From the IMG/VR virus record IMGVR_UViG_2713896773_000021: 40,489 nucleotides of DNA. One strand, written 5' to 3'. This document shows, one piece after another, positions 27,318 through 35,746 of this stretch (its first letter is position 1; each line of letters begins with the position of its first letter). Both the position numbers and the translations under genes were made by a program. The notes beneath the pieces were generated by a model that saw nothing but the letters and a program-made list of their open reading frames with translations, was not told the origin of the DNA and did no database searches. Source of the DNA: a virus (lineage: Duplodnaviria > Heunggongvirae > Uroviricota > Caudoviricetes).

Positions 27318-29255
27318 TCAGGCGGCTGCACCCGCCTTTTGATTTGCACATAATTCAGGAAGATTTGCTTCTACCAGCGCACGAGCGAACGGCGGCGGTA
27401 CTGCGTTACCACAGCGCGCTACCTGCTTGTCTTTGGCGTAACGATTGCCGCGATAGTCCTGATCGATAACGTAGCCGTCAGGGAAGCCCTGCGCCTTATA
27501 AAGCTCATGCGGTTGCAGCATGCGCATTCCGATATCGACGATCTGGTACTTAACCCCCTCGATCGTCACCAGCCATTCATCCTCGCTATCACCGCAGTAG
27601 GTTTCGAGGAATGTCCGGACCTCGCCAACGTGCTGGCCACCAGCGGTAATCGTCGGCATAGGTGTATCCATGGTCTGACCGTCGCGGCAGGTTCCGCGCA
27701 GCTTCACCAGGTGCGACGCAACTACCGCGTGGTGATCAACAGTAGTGACTGAGTGGGCAGGCTCATCCATACCAACACCCGGCCCCGTGTAATTCCCACC
27801 ATAGTGCTTCGCCAGGAACGCGCTCACCGTTGCAAACTTATTACCACCAGCAGTGACCGTGCCGAGCGGGTTATTCAGTTGAAGAACACGCGGTTCTTGC
27901 CCTGGGCGTTCGCCGTACCCCATCTGGATCAGTGTTGGAGTTACCAGCTGCGACTTACCGCCACCACCTGCAGTAATCGTCGCACTCGGTTCGTCAGCCC
28001 TGTGCCCAACACTGGCTCCAAACTGGCGGGCGATGACCGGCGCAACCACGCACGCGCGGGACTGCTTGAGGATTGTATGAGCGGGTTTATCCAGCGGGCG
28101 CGGCTTTGCCTGGTACTCACTGCCGCCATTGCCAGCCAGGAACGGTGTCAGGGCGGCCTCAACTACGCCAAGCGCATGCCCATTCCCGCCCGGGCGCGCC
28201 GACGTACCAGCGGTGACAGTTGGTACCGGCTCGGTCACTGGCTGCCCGGTGGCCCCGGTGCGGAATTTAGTAAGATGCGGTACCGCCAGTGCGTAGCCAT
28301 GCTTTTTAGTGATGGTCTGCAATGGCTCTAACAACGATTGCCCGCGGAAACAGTCATAACCTCCTTTCGTCGTGGTGTGGTTACACTTCACGATGAAAGG
28401 TGATGCGCTTTCGATAACAAAGCGCTGGATGCCGCGCGCGATACGTTTGAGCGTATTTTCCGCCAGCGGCTTTTTGCGGTCGAAGATGGACCGGGCCGGG
28501 ATATTCCAGTCAATGCACTCCGCCGCGGTACGCCATGGCGCCAGCTTGCCGCTTTGTACTTCCAGTGATTTTGGATCCCCATGAGTCGCTTCAGGCCAAT
28601 GAATCTTGCGGCCGTCACAGCGCATGACCATGAAGAAACGCTTTCTGATCGTCGGCGCGCCGTAGTCACATGCGCGCAGCTCCCGATAATCAACCTCATA
28701 ACCAAGCCCGGCGATCAGCTGTTGCGCCTGCTGGCCGTGCGGCTCAATGGCAAGGAATTCACAAACCTCAGCCAGCGCAGGGTGATTCGCCGCGATCCCC
28801 GTCGACAGCATGCCGACAAATGCCTCGAATGTTTCGCCAGCACGCTCAGGATCCGGGCGTAATTCTTCATCCAGCAGCGGGCCCCATGTCTTAAACTCTT
28901 CGACGTTCTCCAGCATCATGACGCGGGGACGTACTGCCAGCGCCCAGCGCAGGACAATCCACGCCAGCCCGCGAATCTCTTTCTTAACCGGCTTAGCGCC
29001 CTTCGCCTTGGAAAAGTGGCGGCAGTCAGGGCTAAACCAGGCCAGACCGACAGGTTTACCGCTGGTGGCTGCGCTTGGGTCAACGTCAAACACCGACTCG
29101 CAATAATGCAGCGTGTCAGGGTGATTCGTCTTATGCATCGCAATAGCGTTTTCGTCGTGGTTGATAGCGATATCCACGCTACGCCCGATCGCCAGTTCAA
29201 TGCCGGTACTCGCGCCGCCGCCACCAGCAAAGTTATCAACGATAATTTCACGCAT
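27318..29255 (-). CDS. DNA (cytosine-5)-methyltransferase-like protein with long C-terminal region of repeated modules
   Basis: Start at ATG 29255 (MREIIVDNFAGGGGAS...); FAGGGG (motif I-like), FSPDCRHFS (PC-motif variant), MLENVEEF (ENV motif); four P-x-T-[IV]-T-A-G-G modules in C-terminal half. Confidence 0.55.
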   Translation of the reverse strand: MREIIVDNFAGGGGASTGIELAIGRSVDIAINHDENAIAMHKTNHPDTLHYCESVFDVDPSAATSGKPVGLAWFSPDCRHFSKAKGAKPVKKEIRGLAWIVLRWALAVRPRVMMLENVEEFKTWGPLLDEELRPDPERAGETFEAFVGMLSTGIAANHPALAEVCEFLAIEPHGQQAQQLIAGLGYEVDYRELRACDYGAPTIRKRFFMVMRCDGRKIHWPEATHGDPKSLEVQSGKLAPWRTAAECIDWNIPARSIFDRKKPLAENTLKRIARGIQRFVIESASPFIVKCNHTTTKGGYDCFRGQSLLEPLQTITKKHGYALAVPHLTKFRTGATGQPVTEPVPTVTAGTSARPGGNGHALGVVEAALTPFLAGNGGSEYQAKPRPLDKPAHTILKQSRACVVAPVIARQFGASVGHRADEPSATITAGGGGKSQLVTPTLIQMGYGERPGQEPRVLQLNNPLGTVTAGGNKFATVSAFLAKHYGGNYTGPGVGMDEPAHSVTTVDHHAVVASHLVKLRGTCRDGQTMDTPMPTITAGGQHVGEVRTFLETYCGDSEDEWLVTIEGVKYQIVDIGMRMLQPHELYKAQGFPDGYVIDQDYRGNRYAKDKQVARCGNAVPPPFARALVEANLPELCANQKAGAAA

Positions 29256-30582
29256 TGACGGCCCCCTGCATGCTGTTGAAGAGACCACCAGCGGTCGTGA
29301 TAATTTCACTCGTCGGCATACGTTCGAGCCACAGCTGGTTGATATTGGCTTTCAGCTTGTTCTGCTGCGAAACAGGTAGAGCGTCAGCCCCTTCAATCTG
29401 GTTAAACACCAGTCCAACCTCAAGAGGCCAAACGCGCGATTCGTTTAACGCCTTGTCCTTTGATTCCTGCGTCTCACGGACATGGGCGCGGATCCCCCGA
29501 ATATTTGACCATTTGGCTTTATCCAGGCTTTCCATGGTCGCGATGAATTCACTGTGGTTAATGCCGTATTCTTTCGCAGACTCAACGGCAACCGTGCGTA
29601 ACCGCTCTGACATGTCTTGTTTCACGTCATCGCTATCAAAGGGCAATGTTTCCAGCCATGCATTAACACCCACCAGGATGCTCTCGCTGATCAGCTTTTT
29701 CGCTCTGTCGATCGTCAGCGGTGAAACATTGGTAAATTCAGGGTTTTCCAGAGAGTCGGCAGCCCAGGTATGACCAAACTTTGACTCGCTGAAGGTGTAC
29801 TCGTCTTTCTCGCCGAACGCCGCGACAACACAGGCCCAAGCCTCTACACCGCTGGTTTCCAGAATGGCTTTTTGGGTTAATGGCAGTTCTGCCTCTGATT
29901 TCTTCGGCACTACCTCAGCGTCCAGCTCTGGCGCCGCATCAGTTTGCGTTCTTCCCACGGCAAATTGGGCCAGCGACATCGCAGCACGGCCTTTGGCCTC
30001 CAGGTCGGTGCGGTTGATGTAACTGAAACGCTCACCCCGCCATGTTTTGTCGAAGACCACGATAGCGCCAGCAAAAAATGCGCTGGTGGGCTGCTGCTTT
30101 TCGTCTTTCGGCACGAACCATGTAGGAAGATCGAAACCAATTCGGCCACGGATGAATGTGACGTGATCTGCCTCTTCCGGCCACCACGTTTCACTCGTCG
30201 CAGACTTAATGAGAAAAACGTACCGACCACCCTTTTCTCGCATGGCCATAGCGTGGTTAATGATGTGGGTCATTCCGGTAACGGCCTGCTTGTCGTGGTA
30301 CTGAGAGCGGCTGTAAGGCGGGTTGCCAAACCCGGCACCACCGAGTTCTGCCAGCCGCTCTGACCAATCCTGCGTCAGGGCATTATCTTCAGCCGTGTAC
30401 CATGCTGGGCACTTCGCGTTGCTGTCGTCGGCAAAAAGGTCCAACACCAGAGGGCCGAACATCGCATTGATCCCCCAAAACAACAGATCCGGAGTGCGCC
30501 ATTGATCACCGACCTCTTTCAACTCGTGTGCTGGTTTTGAACGGAGTTCAGCCAGTGCACGGCAGTATTTATTTTCCATCAT
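29248..30582 (-). CDS. Phage Dam-like N6-adenine methyltransferase domain fused to ~260-aa uncharacterised C-terminal region
   Basis: QWRTPDLLFWGINAMFGPLVLDLFADDSNAKCPAWYT...GFGNPPYS (NPPY motif). Confidence 0.7.
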   Translation of the reverse strand: MMENKYCRALAELRSKPAHELKEVGDQWRTPDLLFWGINAMFGPLVLDLFADDSNAKCPAWYTAEDNALTQDWSERLAELGGAGFGNPPYSRSQYHDKQAVTGMTHIINHAMAMREKGGRYVFLIKSATSETWWPEEADHVTFIRGRIGFDLPTWFVPKDEKQQPTSAFFAGAIVVFDKTWRGERFSYINRTDLEAKGRAAMSLAQFAVGRTQTDAAPELDAEVVPKKSEAELPLTQKAILETSGVEAWACVVAAFGEKDEYTFSESKFGHTWAADSLENPEFTNVSPLTIDRAKKLISESILVGVNAWLETLPFDSDDVKQDMSERLRTVAVESAKEYGINHSEFIATMESLDKAKWSNIRGIRAHVRETQESKDKALNESRVWPLEVGLVFNQIEGADALPVSQQNKLKANINQLWLERMPTSEIITTAGGLFNSMQGAVNA

Positions 30583-31433
30583 CCTCTGAACCCCTCTGGA
30601 ATCTTGCTATCAACCGGACCGAACTTCATCGGGTCATGTTTCTTTTCACCCCAGCTGTCACGCGGTGGCCGCCCCTTCTTGTCCCAGCGGATCCCGCTTT
30701 GCAGATAACCTTCAAATTTTTTCGGACCGAAGAGCGTTTCAGGACGCATGTACTGGTACTGCACGTCATTGCCGTTCCAGTGCTCATGCTTAAGGTCGAT
30801 CACCAGCTGTAAGTCGCTAACGGTGTAACCTTCACGCAGACGAGCACGGATGTTTTCCAGAGAAGTTTTTGATTTTTGGTATCGTGAGCCACTAACCAGG
30901 TTCAGATGATTCAGAACCAGGATGGCGTTATCGGTGATCATCACTTCAGGGTCTGGTTGCGGCGCAACCGGACAAGAAGGTTTTTTAACTGATGGATCAG
31001 TAGTTGTATTTACTGACGGATCCCCCCCAGATTCTGACGGGTGAAAACCGCCTTTTTCATCGTTTTTTGATGCCTCAGATTTTGACGCGTCTGTTTTTGA
31101 GGCATCAGATTTTGATGCGTCAGAATCTGACAGGTGAGAAAAGGCAGCAGCCTGCAATTTCGCAACATTGAGCTGGTAAACGTTCGATGCATTTCGGTTG
31201 CCTTTACGGCGCTGCTGGCGGGTTAACCAACCATCTTTTTCCAGCTGAGATATGGCTGTACGAACCGTGCTCTCACCAGCACCAATCTGGCGCGCGATGG
31301 TAGCGATGGAAGGCCAGCTAACCCCTTCATCACTGCTGAAGTCTGCCAGACGCGCCATGATGGCAACGCTGGATAACTTCATGCCTGACGAAGCGCATGC
31401 ATCCCATACGTAACCGGTTAATTTAGTGCTCAT
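30579..31433 (-). CDS. Replication initiation protein (O-like; N-terminal wHTH, Ser/Asp/Lys repeat linker, conserved phage C-terminal domain)
   Basis: N-terminus ...WPSIATIARQIGAGESTVRTAISQLEKDGWL...; internal SDASKSDASKTDASKSEASK encoded by tandem DNA repeats. Confidence 0.6.
   Translation of the reverse strand: MSTKLTGYVWDACASSGMKLSSVAIMARLADFSSDEGVSWPSIATIARQIGAGESTVRTAISQLEKDGWLTRQQRRKGNRNASNVYQLNVAKLQAAAFSHLSDSDASKSDASKTDASKSEASKNDEKGGFHPSESGGDPSVNTTTDPSVKKPSCPVAPQPDPEVMITDNAILVLNHLNLVSGSRYQKSKTSLENIRARLREGYTVSDLQLVIDLKHEHWNGNDVQYQYMRPETLFGPKKFEGYLQSGIRWDKKGRPPRDSWGEKKHDPMKFGPVDSKIPEGFRG
31062..31121. repeat. Four tandem imperfect 15-bp repeats inside the O-like gene (candidate origin iterons)
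   Basis: gttttttgatgcctc / agattttgacgcgtc / tgtttttgaggcatc / agattttgatgcgtc, flanked by near-palindromes cagattctgac (31029) and gtcagaatctgac (31120). Confidence 0.4.
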
Positions 31434-31442
31434 GGTCGTCCT

Positions 31443-31781
31443 TTAATTCTGTAAATTTACGCTGGAATTGTTCAAGAGGGCTGAAGCACTCATGATCGTA
31501 CCCTTAGCGAAGGTATATAACGCGCTGTGTATCTGGCTCCCAGCGGACAACTCTGACGGGAACTCCGTAGTGATCTCTGAACCGCCGGTTAACTTCAGCC
31601 ATTCCTCGCGCCCCTTCTCGTTCATCTGAACAAATGCTTCTACCATCAAGTCTGCTGGCTGGTAGTTGCCTCCATCAGCCGCGTTATTTATGATTTCCAC
31701 ATAGCCGAACTGGGCATCTTTACCCACCAGCGGCAAACATCTGAATTGCTTAGCTGGTCTGAATCGGTTTACACTGTTCAT
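31443..31781 (-). CDS. Hypothetical protein
   Basis: 112-aa ORF ATGA-coupled to CII-like gene. Confidence 0.4.
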   Translation of the reverse strand: MNSVNRFRPAKQFRCLPLVGKDAQFGYVEIINNAADGGNYQPADLMVEAFVQMNEKGREEWLKLTGGSEITTEFPSELSAGSQIHSALYTFAKGTIMSASALLNNSSVNLQN

Positions 31782-32341
31782 GCGTTAGTTTCTCCACTGA
31801 TACGACACGCCAAGGCGCCCGGAGCTGCACACTCGCGGGCGTCACCTTTTCTGCCTGTTGAAACGAATACGTCAATCGCCTGATCTGAAACACCAACCCC
31901 ATAAAGCGCCATAAATCCCAGGAACCCGTGAATCTGGTGGCGGAGCTTCTTACTGAATAATTCTGAAAGCGTTTTGCGCTCTGATGAATCAATTACCCCA
32001 TCAGCCGCTGCTGCCATCTTGGCATTAGCCAGCTCACCAGATGCTGCTGCCGCTTTCATCTCAATGCTGTACAGCTCAACGTTATCCAGGCTCTCAGCAG
32101 TTGGAACATCCACCAGCCATTTCCCTTTTCGGTTCGCCTGGTACTCGGCCAAGTAACAAGAACCAGACAGGTCCTCCATCCGTTCCAGTTCTGCCAAGGT
32201 AAAGAACCGACTGCCACACTTCTGGTACAGGTGGTTGTGGAACTGGTCGATAGTCATCCCTAAATCGGAAGCCATACCTAAGCGACCATGCTTGTGTGCC
32301 TTACACATCAGGCGGATTGCTGTATTTATGCTGTCTACCAT
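31778..32341 (-). CDS. CII-like / YdaT-family early regulator (tentative)
   Basis: Start at ATG 32341 with AGAGGGAAA RBS; second gene of the Cro operon. Confidence 0.4.
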   Translation of the reverse strand: MVDSINTAIRLMCKAHKHGRLGMASDLGMTIDQFHNHLYQKCGSRFFTLAELERMEDLSGSCYLAEYQANRKGKWLVDVPTAESLDNVELYSIEMKAAAASGELANAKMAAAADGVIDSSERKTLSELFSKKLRHQIHGFLGFMALYGVGVSDQAIDVFVSTGRKGDARECAAPGALACRISGETNA

Positions 32342-32372
32342 GTTGATTTCCCTCTGGTAGTTAATAATCAAC

Positions 32373-32630
32373 TTAAAGTTGACTATTGTTGTTAGCGGAA
32401 GGTATGCCGTCATTTTTGTTCGGATAAATATCAGGTCGTAATTGATGGGGAGTTACTACCCATCCGCCCCATTGGCAGAGTTGAATAACTCTTTCAGAAG
32501 GTACTCGGTTCTTTGCAATCCAGTTCGCAACAGATTGAACTGATTGGAATTCAAACCGCCTTGATACCTCTGAAATCGACCCGATCGCCTTCACAGCTTT
32601 AGCTGTTACATTCTTGTGTTGAGATGACAT
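32373..32630 (-). CDS. cro: Cro-like repressor
   Basis: Start at ATG 32630 with AGGAGAA RBS; ~85 aa; divergent from CI across an operator-containing gap. Confidence 0.55.
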   Translation of the reverse strand: MSSQHKNVTAKAVKAIGSISEVSRRFEFQSVQSVANWIAKNRVPSERVIQLCQWGGWVVTPHQLRPDIYPNKNDGIPSANNNSQL

Positions 32631-32661
32631 GTGTTCTCCTATGACTAAGCCTGCATCAATA

Positions 32662-32674
32662 CTACTTATAGTAG
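32662..32674. promoter_or_regulatory. Operator-like 13-bp near-palindrome CTACTTATAGTAG in the cro/cI divergent region (OR)
   Basis: Related to perfect palindrome at 33535; a further half-site CTACTTA at ~32730. Confidence 0.4.
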
Positions 32675-32699
32675 CAATTATTAGCAACTTAAAATAGAA

Positions 32700-33419
32700 A
32701 TGACAACTATGCCTTGTGCGCTTAATCTTCTACTTATGGTGGAAAATGCTAAATACAAAGACTTTGCCGAAAGGCTAAACAGGTCTCTCCAAGAGCAATC
32801 TATTGGAGTTAAAGAATTGTCAGAGTTCAGTGGTGTCTCGTATGAGATGGCGCGGCGCTACACTCTTGGTACTGCAAAGCCGAGAGATGAGAAGATGATT
32901 CGAATTGCAGAAAGACTTGCCGTCTCACCGGCTTATCTTGATTATGGTGTGCCTGTTAATGGTGGCGACGCGCCAGCCAAAGGCACGGTCAGAATAGAGC
33001 AATTGGATGTTCATGCTTCAGCCGGTTCCGGATATATAAACCAACCATTCCCTACAATAGTGAGCTCAATAGAGATTCCAGAAGAGAGGATCTTCGAGTT
33101 GTTTGGTCGTAGAAGCCTTGATGGCATCGTCATGATAAATGTTGATGGCGATAGCATGATGCCCACGCTTTGCCCAAAGGACCTGCTTTTCATAGACAGC
33201 AAGGTTGAACAATTCAGCGGCGACGGCGTTTATGTGTTCAATTTTGAAGACAGTACGTTCGTTAAACGTTTGCAGAAGGTAAAAGGGCGCCGACTGGCAG
33301 TTCTTTCAGACAATGAACATTACCCGCCCTTCTTCATAGAGGAGCATGAAATGAATGAACTATACATATTCGGCAAGCTAATCAGATGCTTACCTCTAAA
33401 AATGATAGAGTTTGGCTAA
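32700..33419 (+). CDS. cI: CI-type repressor (N-terminal HTH, C-terminal S24 LexA-like self-cleavage domain)
   Basis: 239-aa ORF; HTH ...IGVKELSEFSGVSYEMARRYTLG...; no SD before the ATGs at 32700/32709/32736, consistent with a leaderless transcript. Confidence 0.8.
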   Translation: MTTMPCALNLLLMVENAKYKDFAERLNRSLQEQSIGVKELSEFSGVSYEMARRYTLGTAKPRDEKMIRIAERLAVSPAYLDYGVPVNGGDAPAKGTVRIEQLDVHASAGSGYINQPFPTIVSSIEIPEERIFELFGRRSLDGIVMINVDGDSMMPTLCPKDLLFIDSKVEQFSGDGVYVFNFEDSTFVKRLQKVKGRRLAVLSDNEHYPPFFIEEHEMNELYIFGKLIRCLPLKMIEFG

Positions 33420-33436
33420 TAATTAATTCATCAAGA

Positions 33437-33460
33437 AACCGGCGAAAGCCGGTTTTTTTT
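33437..33460 (+). terminator. Rho-independent terminator after cI (stem accggc/gccggt, loop gaaa, T8)
   Basis: aaaccggcgaaagccggtttttttt. Confidence 0.6.
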
Positions 33461-33524
33461 ACGCCTCCAATTCCTCACCTCATAACACTACACTACTAAA
33501 AATTTCATTTTCTACTTTTTGTTG

Positions 33525-33554
33525 TTGCAATTATCTACTTAAAGTAGCTATAGT
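33525..33554 (+). promoter_or_regulatory. Early-left promoter candidate (-35 TTGCAA, 18-nt spacer, -10 TATAGT) with perfect 13-bp palindromic operator CTACTTAAAGTAG (33535-33547) in the spacer
   Basis: Hexamers and palindrome read directly; lies upstream of the plus-strand early operon. Confidence 0.4.
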
Positions 33555-33663
33555 CATTGCATCGAAAGCGAACAGGCAGGACGCCCACGAAGTAGCCGCC
33601 GGTGGCATATGAATAACCGGATGATTCGCTGACAGAAAACTTAGGTTGGGGGTAGAGGTTTAC

Positions 33664-34029
33664 ATGAATCATTTATTCACATGCTCATTTTGCGGAGCAA
33701 CCGAACTGGGAGCGATAAAGATCGTCGCAAAAGGTGGTAAGGACGAACCTGCCATCTGTTCGGAATGCGTAGTCACATGTGTAGAAAAAATGATCCTGAC
33801 TAAAAAATCAGAGGCTGAAAAACCAACCTCTGATAACGAAATAATATCAGTCGATAAAAAACTATTTAAAGAGCTTCTTCAGCTTGTCCTCAACCTTCCT
33901 GATTTCGGAAGTAAGCTGGCTGCTGTTGACATTGATAGTAGCTCCACATCGACAAGTGAAACTTTTGTTCGACTTGAGCCAAGCGATTTTCTTCTTCGTC
34001 TTAGTGCCGCACTTAGGGCATGCGGGTAA
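33664..34029 (+). CDS. Small protein with ClpX-type C4 zinc finger at N-terminus
   Basis: Start at ATG 33664; ...FTCSFCGATELGAIKIVAKGGKDEPAICSECVVTCVEKM... parallels ClpX N-domain (CSFCG...ICDECV). Confidence 0.5.
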   Translation: MNHLFTCSFCGATELGAIKIVAKGGKDEPAICSECVVTCVEKMILTKKSEAEKPTSDNEIISVDKKLFKELLQLVLNLPDFGSKLAAVDIDSSSTSTSETFVRLEPSDFLLRLSAALRACG

Positions 34030-34362
34030 CGTAATTTCCTGGTTATCAAAAGCGCCCATAAACATCCCTCTTGGTTGTGTGAGAACACCAAGATACCACC
34101 GCGCCTGATGTGGTTAAAAGCAGGCTAAAGCAATAACAAGTAACTCCCTGTTCTGGCGGCCCGGTGTTTTCCCGTGTATTTCCGGTAACCGCCAGCCTTT
34201 TTCAGGGCACAACAGAAAAGGGCATCACCGGGCGACGGGCTCATTCCCCAATCCACCCGGGCAAGAGGATAGCGATTGCAGTCGCCGACAAATGCAGGTG
34301 CCCTTCTCTGTTGTGTATGGAGAAAGTTCGGCGGTGGCAGCCGCCATAACGAGGGTAAAACC

Positions 34363-34734
34363 ATGAGTAATGACCGCATGACCGTAGTGCCCGACTTTTT
34401 GGGCGAGCTGGATGCCGGTGTGTTCATGAACAAAATCGCGGCAGCACTTAACACCACCGCGCTTGGCGTTCTGAACAACGGCAACAAAGGCAAAGTAGTC
34501 CTCACCTTTGATTTTGAGCGTATGGGTAATTCCGTTGAAGAGAAGCGCGTCAAGATCAAGCACAAGCTGAACTACAGCACCCCAACCCCGCGCGGTAAAG
34601 CCTCCGAAGAGGACACAACCGAAACCCCTATGTGGGTTAACAAAGGCGGGAAGCTAACCATCCTCCAGGAGGATCAGGGGCAACTGTTCGGGATCACCGG
34701 CGCGGTGGACGGAAAGCTTAAAGCGGCTCAGTGA
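34363..34734 (+). CDS. Hypothetical protein, YfdP-like
   Basis: Start ATG 34363 with GAGGG RBS; size and position before YfdQ-like gene. Confidence 0.45.
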   Translation: MSNDRMTVVPDFLGELDAGVFMNKIAAALNTTALGVLNNGNKGKVVLTFDFERMGNSVEEKRVKIKHKLNYSTPTPRGKASEEDTTETPMWVNKGGKLTILQEDQGQLFGITGAVDGKLKAAQ

Positions 34735-34790
34735 TCCGCAACAACAAACTCACTGATACCACTTTGATCATCAGTTAATAAGGAATTTTT

Positions 34791-35618
34791 ATGTCTCAGT
34801 TAGACAGCGGCACCTTCAAGCAGGTCAAAGACCTGGTCCTTTCCGGTTATCACCTGAATGATATTCATGGCCTGGCTTGCCCGACCGCATTACTGCCAGA
34901 GGGTACTGGCGTTGAAAGCCTTGAGCGCTTTTCTCTGGAACGTTTCCGCTTTCGTGGCGCAATGACCACAACCAGTATTGACGACTTCGCACGTTATTCT
35001 AAAGGTTATGCCAGCGCCAGCGAGCCAGCTCGTTGCTTCATTGACGCTGACAACATGACCGCCCGTTCAGTGTTCAACATCGGCACCCTGGATAACCCCG
35101 GTCACGCCGATAACGTTGCTTCAATCACTCTGAAGAAAACCGCCCCGTTTCGCGCGCTACTACAGATCGATGGTCAGCGTCTGAAACAAAAGCAAATCGC
35201 TGAATGGCTGGAAGACTGGAGTGATTACCTGCTGGCGTTTGACGCTGATGGTAAGACGATGGAGATTTCTCAGGCGGCTCAGGCCGTGCGTCGTATCACT
35301 ATCCAACAAGCAACCCAGCAGGATCATGAAACTGGTGATTTCGCTGGTAAAAAATCACTCATGCAAAGCGTCGAAGCAAGCAGCAAAGACGTAATGCCGG
35401 TAGCGTTCGAATTCAAATGTGTGCCGTATGAAGGTCTGGGCGAACGCCGCTTTAGCTTGCGTAACAGCCTGCTGACCAGCGATGAACCCTGCTTTGTTCT
35501 GCGCATCGTCCAACTTGAAGCCCAGGAAGAAGCAATCGCCAACGAATTCCGCGATTTACTGATCAGCAAGTTCGACGGTGAATCAGTGGAAACTTTCATC
35601 GGTAACTTTAAAGCCTAA
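34791..35618 (+). CDS. YfdQ-like protein (DUF2303)
   Basis: 275-aa ORF; size and context match the CPS-53 yfdP-yfdQ-yfdR arrangement. Confidence 0.55.
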   Translation: MSQLDSGTFKQVKDLVLSGYHLNDIHGLACPTALLPEGTGVESLERFSLERFRFRGAMTTTSIDDFARYSKGYASASEPARCFIDADNMTARSVFNIGTLDNPGHADNVASITLKKTAPFRALLQIDGQRLKQKQIAEWLEDWSDYLLAFDADGKTMEISQAAQAVRRITIQQATQQDHETGDFAGKKSLMQSVEASSKDVMPVAFEFKCVPYEGLGERRFSLRNSLLTSDEPCFVLRIVQLEAQEEAIANEFRDLLISKFDGESVETFIGNFKA

Positions 35619-35630
35619 TTGCTCTGCATT

Positions 35631-35658
35631 AAATCCCCGGCGCCGCGGGGATTTATTG
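35631..35658 (+). terminator. Hairpin (aaatcccc / ggggattt stem) with weak T tract between YfdQ-like and YfdR-like genes
   Basis: aaatccccggcgccgcggggatttattg. Confidence 0.3.
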
Positions 35659-35746
35659 AAGCGTAATTCCATTAATTATCGCCATCCGGCGAGGGATTCG
35701 TGCAACCAAAATCTGCGCGGTGCAGCGCGCCAATATGGAGAAAACC

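Noticed and set aside
27753-28331. 192-aa plus-strand ORF (and 28810..29106, 29255..29773, 29944..30363)
   Set aside because: Antisense within the methyltransferase genes in GC-rich DNA where long spurious frames are expected
34125-34565. 146-aa and 112-aa minus-strand ORFs
   Set aside because: Antisense to the YfdP-like gene and adjacent gap; no RBS; plus-strand operon organisation preferred
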